Shown here: in pieces, positions 31,208-40,100 of the stretch
How positions within the stretch are numbered: the stretch's first letter is position 1
Layout: every line of letters begins with the position of its first letter
Origin: Candidatus Rifleibacteriota bacterium
GTDB taxonomy: Bacteria; Muiribacteriota; Ozemobacteria; Ozemobacterales; Ozemobacteraceae
Assembly (NCBI GenBank): GCA_012517355.1
Contig: JAAYVD010000112.1
Location: 2,769 to 66,768, forward strand
Direction of reading: 5' to 3'
Length of the DNA stretch: 64,000 bases
Translations under genes and position numbers: made by a program
Notes under the pieces: generated by a model
The model's database searches: none
What the model saw: only the letters and a program-made list of their open reading frames with translations
What the model was told of the DNA's origin: nothing

Positions 31208-32404
31208 ATGTTCGCCCTCAAAGGATTTTCCGAATCGGATTTCGAGGTGCTGCGCCGGTATCTGACCCGGCAGACGGCGACCAAGAACCAGGTGTTGATG
31301 GAGGCGGGGAAACCCGCGTTGCAGATGTTCCTCATCGAGGAAGGCTCGGTGAAGATCGTGCAGCGCCCGGCGAAGGATGCCGGCGACGACGTGGTGCTGG
31401 GGGCGGTGAAGGCCGGCGGTTTCTTCGGCGAGGAGGCGCTGCTCGGCGAGCAGCAGATCTACGCCAACACGGCGGTTTCCATGGAGAACACCACCCTGTT
31501 CACCCTGGGCAAGGAAGGCCTGCAGAAGCTGATGGTCGAGGCGATGGGGGTCGGCACCAAGTTGCTGCTGGCGTTGACCAAGTCCTACCGCGAGGCCCTG
31601 GCCACCCCGGAGCAGATGGCGAAGGTGCTGACCTTCTACAGCCCCAAAGGCGGAACCGGCTGCACCACGTTGGCGGTCAGCTTCGCGTGCCAACTGGCCC
31701 GGCTGCGCAAACGGGTGGCCTACATCGACGCCGACCTGCAGTTCGGCAACGTGTCGCTGCTGATCGGGGCCCCACCCGCGCTGCACCTGGCCCGCCTGAT
31801 CCAGAAGGAGACCTCGCTGACCTTCGATCGCATCAAGGGGTACCTCCATCGGAAGCACGAAGTCGACTTCCTCTTTTCCCCCGACCAGCCCCAGGAAGCC
31901 GAGATGATCTCGCGTTCCAACCTCAACCAGGTGCTGCAGGCGATCGGGCGCCAGTATGACTTCATCGTCGTCGACACCTCCTCCCAGATCGACGACCACA
32001 CCCTCCTGCTGTGGGACATGGCCGACGTGCTGGCCCTCGTCACCAACGCCGACCTGCCGGGGCTGACCCGCATGCACCGGCTGTTCAAGGTGATGGGCCG
32101 GTTGAACTATCCCAAGGCCAAGTTCGCCTTGCTGGCCAACCGGTTCGGCGATGGCCAGGAGGCCTGCCTGGCGGAACTGCGCAAGCTGCCGGTGGGCCAC
32201 GTGCAGACCCTGCAGGCAGACCACGCCAACGCCCAGGCGGCCGTCATCGCCGGCGTGCCGCTGGCCCTGCAGGCCCCGGCGTCGCCCGTCACCAAGGCCC
32301 TGGAGGAACTCCTCCGCTACCTGCTGGGCGAGGAGGCGATCGCCCGCTCGCAACAGAAGGGCGGCATCTTCTCGCGGCTGAAAACCCTGATCGCCGGCGC
32401 CTGA
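31208..32404 (+). CDS. Cyclic-nucleotide-binding domain fused to a CpaE/TadZ-MinD-type ATPase
   Basis: N-terminal MFLIEEGSVKI..GGFFGEEALL (cNMP fold); C-terminal FYSPKGGTGCTT, IDADLQFG, YDFIVVDT, GGIFSRL tail. Confidence 0.88.
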   Translation: MFALKGFSESDFEVLRRYLTRQTATKNQVLMEAGKPALQMFLIEEGSVKIVQRPAKDAGDDVVLGAVKAGGFFGEEALLGEQQIYANTAVSMENTTLFTLGKEGLQKLMVEAMGVGTKLLLALTKSYREALATPEQMAKVLTFYSPKGGTGCTTLAVSFACQLARLRKRVAYIDADLQFGNVSLLIGAPPALHLARLIQKETSLTFDRIKGYLHRKHEVDFLFSPDQPQEAEMISRSNLNQVLQAIGRQYDFIVVDTSSQIDDHTLLLWDMADVLALVTNADLPGLTRMHRLFKVMGRLNYPKAKFALLANRFGDGQEACLAELRKLPVGHVQTLQADHANAQAAVIAGVPLALQAPASPVTKALEELLRYLLGEEAIARSQQKGGIFSRLKTLIAGA

Positions 32405-32418
32405 GCTGAGGAACCACG

Positions 32419-33267
32419 ATGAACAAACAGCCGGAGGCGGTCGGGACGGCCGATCGGCCTCTGTCGCTCGGGCAGGGGGTCACCTGGGTCGGCTTCTGGG
32501 ACTCCGAGGCCGGCCTGCGCTGCAATCCCTACCTGGTCTGCGACGGGGACGAGGCGGTCCTGATCGACGGCGGCAGCCGCCCCGACTTCTCGACGGTGAT
32601 GATGAAGGTCTTGCAGGCGGGGGTTTCGCCCCACCAGATCAAGGCCCTCGTCTATTCGCATTTCGACCCCGACCTGTGCGGCAGCCTCCCCAACCTCGAG
32701 GACATGATTCGGCGCCCCGACCTGGTGCTGATCTCGGCCGCTCCCAACCACATGTTCATCCGCCACTACTCGACCACCTCCCGGATGGTCTCCCTGGCGG
32801 AAACCGGGTTCCGGTTCCGGTTCGCCAGCGGGCGGGAACTGCGGTTCACCCCCACCCCGTTCGCCCACGCGCCGGGCAGCTTCGTCACCTTCGACACCGC
32901 CACGGCGATCCTGTTCACCGGTGATCTGTTCGGCAGCCCGGGAGCGGGCGACAGCATCTTCCTGTCCCTGACCCCCACCTGTCACACCGACCACGACCGG
33001 GCCCATTGCCCCGAAGGGCGGGGAACCTGCCCCCTCCATGACCTCGCCCGGTTCCACAAGCAGGTGATGCCTTCGACCCTGGCTTTGCGGCACGCGATGG
33101 CCACGGTGCGCACCATCCCCTTCAAGGCCCTGGCCCCCCAGCACGGGGCGGTCATCCGCGAGGAGAAGGACGCCGAACTGGCGATCCGGACCCTGGAGAC
33201 GCTCGAGAACGTCGGGATCGACGGGGTGGTCGCGCAGGACCCGCAGTTGACCGACCGGAGTTACTGA
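32419..33267 (+). CDS. MBL-fold di-iron protein, ODP/FprA-N-terminal-like (no flavodoxin domain)
   Basis: CNPYL, LIDGG, SHFDPDLCG, PFAHAPG, LFTGDLFG, FHKQVMPS, APQHG. Confidence 0.85.
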   Translation: MNKQPEAVGTADRPLSLGQGVTWVGFWDSEAGLRCNPYLVCDGDEAVLIDGGSRPDFSTVMMKVLQAGVSPHQIKALVYSHFDPDLCGSLPNLEDMIRRPDLVLISAAPNHMFIRHYSTTSRMVSLAETGFRFRFASGRELRFTPTPFAHAPGSFVTFDTATAILFTGDLFGSPGAGDSIFLSLTPTCHTDHDRAHCPEGRGTCPLHDLARFHKQVMPSTLALRHAMATVRTIPFKALAPQHGAVIREEKDAELAIRTLETLENVGIDGVVAQDPQLTDRSY

Positions 33268-33269
33268 CC

Positions 33270-34259
33270 GTGACCGGCCCGATCGACTTCGACGAGATGC
33301 TGGCGAAGGTCGCCCCCGACAACCCGAATCGTTCCTTTCTGCTCAAGAGCCTGATCGAGATCCGCGCGGGCCAGGACGACCAGGCCCTGATGACCAGGCT
33401 GATGACCGGCCTCGTGATGAAATACGCCGAGAGCGAGCGGCAGCTGAACCGGCTCAACGCCGAACTGCGCGAGAAACAGGAGCACCTCGACGCCGACCTC
33501 AAGGCCGCCGCGGTCATCCAGACGGCGCTGCTGCCCAAGCCCCTGCCCGCCGCCTCGAACGTGCGCGCCGCCTGGAAGTTCGTTCCCTGCCAGAGCATCG
33601 GCGGCGACGTGTTCCTGCTCACGCCGCTGGGCAAGCGGTATCTGATGGTGGCCGTCGTCGACATCAGCGGTCACGGGGTACCCTCGGCCATGGTGACCGT
33701 CTCGGTCTGCCAGTTCCTGCAGCCCCAGGCGGGAACGGTCTTCCAGCCCGGGGCCGGCCCCGACGGCGCGGTGGTGCCACCCGGCCAGGTGCTGGCCTCG
33801 CTCGACCGCGAGTTTCCCTATTTCCGTTTCAAGAAGACCTTTTCGATCTTCTACGGCGTGCTCGACCGCGTCACCGGCCGGTTCACCTTCGCCAACGGCG
33901 GGCACCCGCAACCCTTCCTGCAGACCCCCGACGGCGCCCTCACCACCCTCGAGGAGCACGGCCCCATCATCGGCATGGGCCTGGGCTCGACCTTCCCGGA
34001 AGGGTCGCTCACCCTCTCCCCCGGCAGCCGCCTGACCTTCTACTCCGACGGCCTGACCGAATGCCGCAACCCCTCAGGGGAGCTGTTCGGTGACGACCGG
34101 GTGCGCGACCTGCTCGCCGCGCACCACGCCCTGCCCCTCCCCGACCTCGCCGCCGCGATCCATGCCGGGGCCAGCAGATTCGTGGCGGGAGCGGGTTTTC
34201 CCGATGACTTCACCCTCGTCCACCTGGAGTTCGCCGGCCCGCCCGCCTCCCCCGCTTGA
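33270..34259 (+). CDS. PP2C/SpoIIE-type (RsbU-like) serine phosphatase
   Basis: AAVIQTALLP, IGGD, DISGHGVPSA, ANGGHP, YSDGLTE, DDFT; short coiled-coil N-terminus. Confidence 0.93.
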   Translation: MTGPIDFDEMLAKVAPDNPNRSFLLKSLIEIRAGQDDQALMTRLMTGLVMKYAESERQLNRLNAELREKQEHLDADLKAAAVIQTALLPKPLPAASNVRAAWKFVPCQSIGGDVFLLTPLGKRYLMVAVVDISGHGVPSAMVTVSVCQFLQPQAGTVFQPGAGPDGAVVPPGQVLASLDREFPYFRFKKTFSIFYGVLDRVTGRFTFANGGHPQPFLQTPDGALTTLEEHGPIIGMGLGSTFPEGSLTLSPGSRLTFYSDGLTECRNPSGELFGDDRVRDLLAAHHALPLPDLAAAIHAGASRFVAGAGFPDDFTLVHLEFAGPPASPA

Positions 34260-37141
34260 GGGACGGCGACCAGCAGCACGTCCCCGCCATGGTCACCGCC
34301 ACGCCAGCGGCATCGCCGGGGATGTTTCCTCAGACGGCCTTCCCCCACCCCTCCGGCACGGTTCGGCAGTTCGTCGCCGCCCGGTGGGAGTTGCAGGGAA
34401 CCGGTGGGAAACCGCCCCAACACCCGCGAGATCCGGGCCGCCCGGCGACCCGGGTCAGTGGCCCCGGCCGGCCGTGGCCGGAAGCGGGTTTATGGCGTGC
34501 GGGCTGGCTGGCCTTGTCACTGGTGTGCCTGATCCTGCTGGCCGACCCCGCCCTCGTCGCGGCTGCCGAAGGCCGGGGAACGGAGGGGGACCAACTGCAG
34601 ACCGGTCCCTGGTGGGGCATCGGGCCGCTGGCGGCGACCGCCTCGCCGGCCGGTCTGCTCTCTTCAGCGGGCAGGCCAGACCCGGGGCGTGATCATCCCG
34701 GCCGGGACGGCCCGACGCGCTGGCGCGAGGTTCCCGCCTGGGCCGACCCCGGGGAGATCCACGACGTGGCCGGAGAACTGGCCACGGGCAACGGCCCCGC
34801 CTCGGCCGCGGCTTTCCAGGTTCTCTCCAGCCCGGCCGGCGGCGAGGCCTGGTGGTATGTCAGCGCGGACGACCTGTTCGAAGGCTGGGTGAACGGGGAA
34901 CGGGTGGCCTGGCAGGACCGGCCCCTGGACTGCCGGCCCCGGCGACGGGCGATCCGGATCCGCTTGCGCCCGGGGGCCAACACGGTCTTCCTGGCCCTGG
35001 CGAACGTCGATGGGCGTTTCTGCTTCGCCAGCACGTTCGAGGCCATCCCCGACCTCCCCGGGGAGGTGGTCCGGCTGCGGCGGACCATCGGGCGGTGGCC
35101 CCGCGTGTTCGACCGCGAGGCCGCCCTGGCACTGCTCGGGTATCTGCGGGGAACCCCTCTGCCGGAGTCGGCCTTTCCCTATTACGATTCGGAGTTCATG
35201 CGGTCGATGACCGAACCCGGCGAAGAGATCGGGCGGCTGCAGGACGACCTGGACCAGCCGGGGACCGGGGCCCTGCGTCCGTCGAGGTTGTTCCGGCTGG
35301 CGGAGGTCATTCGCGACGCCGGGTTGGCGGAAGAGGCGTCGACCTGGCTGCTCCACCTTCTGGCCGGGCGATTCGCGGCCTCTCTCGCGGGCGTGGCCGG
35401 GGGGACGGTCCCAGGCAGGGATCCGGCGGGGAAGGCCGTGGGGGCGGACGGCCCCTCGGCGGGGCGCGAAACGGATGATTCGCGCCGCCATCCGTGGGGG
35501 CAAAGGGGCCCTTCCGACATCGGGCCGGTCGACCCCCTGGTTGGGCGTGAGCGGGGTGGCACGCCCCGCCAACCGGGGCGCGGAGGGGACCCGGACGAGA
35601 TGGGGCCGGACCGGACGGCGGCGGATTTCGGCCCGGTCGTACAGCAGACGCCCTGGCTGCTGGCGGGACCGGGGGCCGACCTGACGCGGGCGGTGGCCGC
35701 CAGTCTGCTGGGGCCGGACGGCACCGTCGACTGCCGCCGCCCCCTGCCGGGTCTCGCCGGCCAGAGGTCAGACTCCCTTCCCGACCCTCGACCGGATCGG
35801 CCCCTTCGCGATGCCCGAAGCGGGCGTTTCGCGCCGCCATCCGTGGCGACCAAGGGGCCCTTCCGACATCGTGTCGGTCGGCCCCTTTGCGGTGCGCGAA
35901 ACTGGCGTTTCGCGCCGCCATCCGTGGCGGCAAAGGGGCCCTTCCGACATCGTGTCGGTCGGGACGAGGGAACGGAGCCGGGGGCGGGCGCCGAACGCGC
36001 CCGGGGTGCGGATTCCTGGCGGTTGGTGGCCTCCTGGACGACGGAGACGGGGCCCCACGACATCGCCGACGTGGTAGCCGGGCCGACCGACGGGCAGGCG
36101 GTCCTGCTCACGCGGACGCTCTTCGCCTCCGCCGAGGTGGACGCCTGGGTCTTCCTGGCCGCCGACGACTGGCTGGACGTCTGGCTCAACGGCCGCCACC
36201 TGTTCGCCCCCAACGGGCGGCCCAGCGCCTTCCTCCCCCGCCAGCAGGTGGTGAAGGTGCGTTTGCGGCGGGGGGTGAACCCTTTGCTCCTGCGGGTCGA
36301 GAACCATGCGGGGGCCTGCGCCTTCGCCCTGGAGGTGCATCCGCTGGCCGACTGGCCGGCGCGGAGCGCTCGGCTGGTCCGGCTCATCCGGTCGTTTCCG
36401 CCCGCCTTCGACCCGGACCTGACCGCCGGGGTGCTCCCCTTTCTCGCCTGGCCGCGTCTTCCCCGTCGCCTGGCGGACGCCTATCGCGAGCTGACCTTCC
36501 ACCCGATCGCCGACCCCGAGGCGGAGATCCGGTTCCTGCAGCAGGCGCTGCGCACCGCGACCGAGCCGATAGCCCTCGATGCCGCCCGGTTCCGCCTGGC
36601 CGAACTCTGCGGGCAACTCGGACTGGGTGGGATCCTGGGGCGGCACCTGCGGTCCCAGCGGGACCGGGCCGGACTCGACGGGCCCCGCCTGTGGCGCGGG
36701 GCGCTGGCGGTGTTCCACTCCGGCCGGTTCGCCGAGGGGATCGGGGAGCTCCAGCGGGTGGCGGACCTGTTCCCGGAACTGGGGGCCGCCCGCCTGGGCC
36801 TGGCCGAGGTGCTCTCCTGGAGGGCCTGGCAGACGCTGGATTACCGGGTGCGGGACCAGGCCTGGGAGGCCTGGCAGCGGGTGGACCGGGCGGACCGCGC
36901 CCGACCGGCCGCCCTGGCCGCCCAGGCCGGCCTGTGGTACCTGTTCGCCCGGAAGGACACGGCCAACCGGTGGTTCGAAGCCGCCCTGCGGGCTGACCCG
37001 CGGAACCTGTCCGCCTGGCTGACCCGGTGGGAGGTCCGCTCACCCTTTCCCGACCAGGCGGCGGAAGGGGCCTATCTGCGGGAGTTCGCGGTCTGGGACG
37101 ACCGGACCGCCCGCGAATGGTACCGGGAGATCGAACCGTGA
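34256..37141 (+). CDS. Exported hypothetical protein: two copies of a beta-sandwich (ADD..W-x-NG) plus helical module, C-terminal TPR; start uncertain
   Basis: YVSADDLFEGWVNGE..IRLRPGAN repeated as FLAADDWLDVWLNGR..VRLRRGVN; signal-like WLALSLVCLILLA; 4-bp overlaps with both neighbours. Confidence 0.7.
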   Translation: MRDGDQQHVPAMVTATPAASPGMFPQTAFPHPSGTVRQFVAARWELQGTGGKPPQHPRDPGRPATRVSGPGRPWPEAGLWRAGWLALSLVCLILLADPALVAAAEGRGTEGDQLQTGPWWGIGPLAATASPAGLLSSAGRPDPGRDHPGRDGPTRWREVPAWADPGEIHDVAGELATGNGPASAAAFQVLSSPAGGEAWWYVSADDLFEGWVNGERVAWQDRPLDCRPRRRAIRIRLRPGANTVFLALANVDGRFCFASTFEAIPDLPGEVVRLRRTIGRWPRVFDREAALALLGYLRGTPLPESAFPYYDSEFMRSMTEPGEEIGRLQDDLDQPGTGALRPSRLFRLAEVIRDAGLAEEASTWLLHLLAGRFAASLAGVAGGTVPGRDPAGKAVGADGPSAGRETDDSRRHPWGQRGPSDIGPVDPLVGRERGGTPRQPGRGGDPDEMGPDRTAADFGPVVQQTPWLLAGPGADLTRAVAASLLGPDGTVDCRRPLPGLAGQRSDSLPDPRPDRPLRDARSGRFAPPSVATKGPFRHRVGRPLCGARNWRFAPPSVAAKGPFRHRVGRDEGTEPGAGAERARGADSWRLVASWTTETGPHDIADVVAGPTDGQAVLLTRTLFASAEVDAWVFLAADDWLDVWLNGRHLFAPNGRPSAFLPRQQVVKVRLRRGVNPLLLRVENHAGACAFALEVHPLADWPARSARLVRLIRSFPPAFDPDLTAGVLPFLAWPRLPRRLADAYRELTFHPIADPEAEIRFLQQALRTATEPIALDAARFRLAELCGQLGLGGILGRHLRSQRDRAGLDGPRLWRGALAVFHSGRFAEGIGELQRVADLFPELGAARLGLAEVLSWRAWQTLDYRVRDQAWEAWQRVDRADRARPAALAAQAGLWYLFARKDTANRWFEAALRADPRNLSAWLTRWEVRSPFPDQAAEGAYLREFAVWDDRTAREWYREIEP
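35450..35530 (+). repeat. 81-bp repeat copy in-frame within CDS
   Basis: ggcccctcggcggggcgcgaaacggatgattcgcgccgccatccgtgggggcaaaggggcccttccgacatcgggccggtc. Confidence 0.9.
35799..35960 (+). repeat. Two tandem 81-bp repeat copies in-frame within CDS
   Basis: Units 35799-35879 and 35880-35960; peptides RPLRDARSGRFAPPSVATKGPFRHRVG and RPLCGARNWRFAPPSVAAKGPFRHRVG. Confidence 0.95.
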
Positions 37142-40100
37142 CCCGCGCGGCTCCCCCGGGCACCGCCCCGGTCGTTCCCCCGGTCGCTTCCCCGGTCGCT
37201 TCCCCGGTCGTGTCGCCTTCCGCTTCCCCGGACACGCGCCTGGGCGTTTCCCCGGCCGACTCCCCGGCCCCCCTCCAAGCGCCCACCGCTGTGGACGCCC
37301 CCGCCGCGTTCCCGGCGGACCTGTCCCCGCTCCCGACCGACCCGTCGTCGGCCGGCGCCCCGGGCGGCCCGGGGCGGGGGAACGGGCCGCCGGTTGCGGA
37401 CCGGGCCCAGGGGTCCCCGCCCCGCGGGCCGCGCGCCGCCTGGATCTCACTGGTCATGAACTGGGGGGTCCCGTTCCTGCTGAGTCTGCTGCCGCTGGTG
37501 GTCCTGCACCTCGCGGCCGGAGAGGAGCAGGCCAGGCGCGGAGCGGATGCGCGCCGGGAGCGGCGGGAACGGGTCCGCCTCCAGGCCGACCATCTGCGCC
37601 GGGCCTCGTCCTTCCCGTTCTGGGCCGAGCGGGCCGCCCGCCTGCTCAAGCGGGGCGCCCTGGCCGGGCTGGCCGGGACCCAAAGCCGGGGGCAGAACCC
37701 CGGCCACGCCGCCGCCCCGCCCCACACCGGGGACGTCTCCGGAATCGGCCCACCCCCAGCCAAGGGCGAAGCGGCCGTGCCGATCCGTCATCCGTGGCCC
37801 CCACCAGGAGATCCTTCAGACATCGGGTCGGGTGGGACGGGCCATTTCGGCGGACCGCGGTCGCCCCCTTCCCCAACCGGAACCGCCGCCACTCCCGACC
37901 CCTCATCGGCCGAAATCGGGAGGCCGGTCGGGGTGCCGTTTTCCGGCGGGCGGCCAGGCCGGTTCCTCGTGCCCACCCCCGCCCCGGGAGGCGGGCCGGC
38001 AACCAACCGCGCCGGGGTGGCGGAAGCTCTGGCCAGGGGCCTGGGGACGGCCCTGCGTCGCCTGCAGAGATCGGAACCCCGGCCAGGGGCGGCCACGCCG
38101 TTTCGCGGCAGGCGGGGCGGCCAGGGCATCCTGCCGACCTCTGAGCGGTCGAACCTGGCGGGGTGCCAGGTATGGGCCGTTGCCTTTCCCACCGGGAATC
38201 CGGCCGAGGGGGTGGAACCCTGCCGGGCCCCTCCCCTCCGCCAGGATTTCTCCGCCCTGATGACCGGCCTGTTGCAGGACATCGGCCGGCAGCAGGCGAT
38301 CGAGGCGGAGGAGGGAAAGGCGGCGCGCCACGCCGGGGGGGGCAAGAATGACGAGAGCGGTGGGGGAAGCGAGAGGCCGGCCGGGCCGTTCGACGCCACC
38401 CGGCTGCGGAGGCTGGAGGCAGGCTTCGGTGAGGGGTTGTCCGCCGACCTGTTCACCGGCAGCCACCGCGGAACCGGCTTTCCCGTGCTGTTCCGCGGAA
38501 TTCCCCACATCATGGTCTGGGACCTCGTCTTCTTCCGGGAACGGACGGTCGGGGCCTTCCTGGTGCTGCTGCCGCTGCCCGACGAGGCCGGCCACGCCGC
38601 GCTGCAGTTGACCCTGCGGTACTGGCCGAAAGGCGGGTTCCGGCCGGCGTTTCTGCCCATGCCGACCGAGCGGCGGGGGATCCTGCCTCCCCCCCTGCTC
38701 CACCCCGACCTGGTCCGGGCCCCCGTCCTGGCCGACATCGAGCGGCTTCGTCGCCAGATGCGGATCTGGCAGCCGGCCGGCACCCGGTTCGAGGGCACCC
38801 GGGTGGGGCTGCTGGCCCCCTTCACCGGCCGGCTGGTCCGGTTGCCGGCCGCCGCGGGATGGTGGGGCATGGTCACCCCCCTCGATCCGCTGACGGGACA
38901 CCTGGGACTGCTGGTCGGACGCTTTCCCGACCTGCCCCCCTCCGCCCTGGATCTGTTCCGCGGGATGGCCGACATGGCCTGGATCTTCGTCTGGATCATG
39001 GTCGCCATCCGGGCCGCCCTGGTGGGGACGCGCCCGGCCGGCGTCCGGCGTCAGGCCACCCTGTGGCTGCTCGGCGTCACCGGCATGCCGGTGGTGCTGG
39101 GGATCATGGTCGGCGTCCAGCTGAACGGAGACCTGCGTTCCAACCGGCTCGAGCAGCTCGAACGCGACCTGGAACGGGCGATGGGCGACCTGGAGACCGG
39201 CGCCAACCGGCTCAACGACCGCATCGTCCAGCAGTGCAAGGAGCGGTTCCATGAGGGGGGGTTCCGGGCGGCCCTGCGGCAGGCCATCGCCAACCCAGCC
39301 GCCCGGGAAGGGTTCCTGCGCGACCTGGCCGCGGGCTTCCGGCGGCACGGGCTGCCCATCTCGGGCCTCCGGGTGATGGGACGGGACGGCCAGGCCATGG
39401 AATCCTTCGCGCCCTGGCTGCGGCAATTGTCCATCCGGCAGCTGCAGGCAAGCCTGCAGGATGCCTGGGACCTGTATCTCGCCGGGCCCGATGGGGGCCG
39501 GAAAAGGCCGACCACCACCCTCGCCAGGTGGCAGCAGAACGTCTTTGCCGTCAAGGGGGCCGAGGAACAGCCGCTCGCCTGGCAGTCGGGCAACCGCAAG
39601 TTCTTCCTCTGGCGGATGATCATACAGGAGAAGGGCCGGCCGTTCTGCCAGGTGGCGGTGGTCTGGAGCCACGAGAAGCTGTACCGGGCCTACCTCGAGC
39701 GGGCGGTGCAGGGACCGGGGCTGTTCTCCGGCCGGACCGACCTCTCCCTGTCGGTCTATCTGCCGCAGGGGGACGACCTCGAGGAGGTTGGTGCCTCCGC
39801 CAATCTGGTGGCCGGGCGCGAGGATCTGCGGCGAGTGGCCCGGGCAGCGGTGCGGGCGAAGATGCGCCGGATCACGGAGGATGCCCTGACGGTGGGTTTC
39901 CCGAGCGAGCGCCTGCCGGGCTACGTCTTCCTGGGCCAGGCGTCGCTCGCGCCCCTGCGGGCGGAGCTGTGGCGGGAATGGCTCGGCATCGGCATCGTCA
40001 CCCTCGGGCTGTTCGCCCTCGTGCTCGCGGCGGCGCGGCTGCTGGGGTTCCGGCTGGCCGCGCCGGTGGTGCGCATGACCGCGGAACTGCGGCGGGTGGC

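Noticed and set aside
35799-35960. Tandem 81-bp units as a CRISPR array
   Set aside because: No unique spacers, unit too long, only two adjacent copies, no cas genes
35880-35960. Multi-stem repeat as a tRNA
   Set aside because: No T-loop TTCRA, no D-loop or 7-nt anticodon loop, no CCA end
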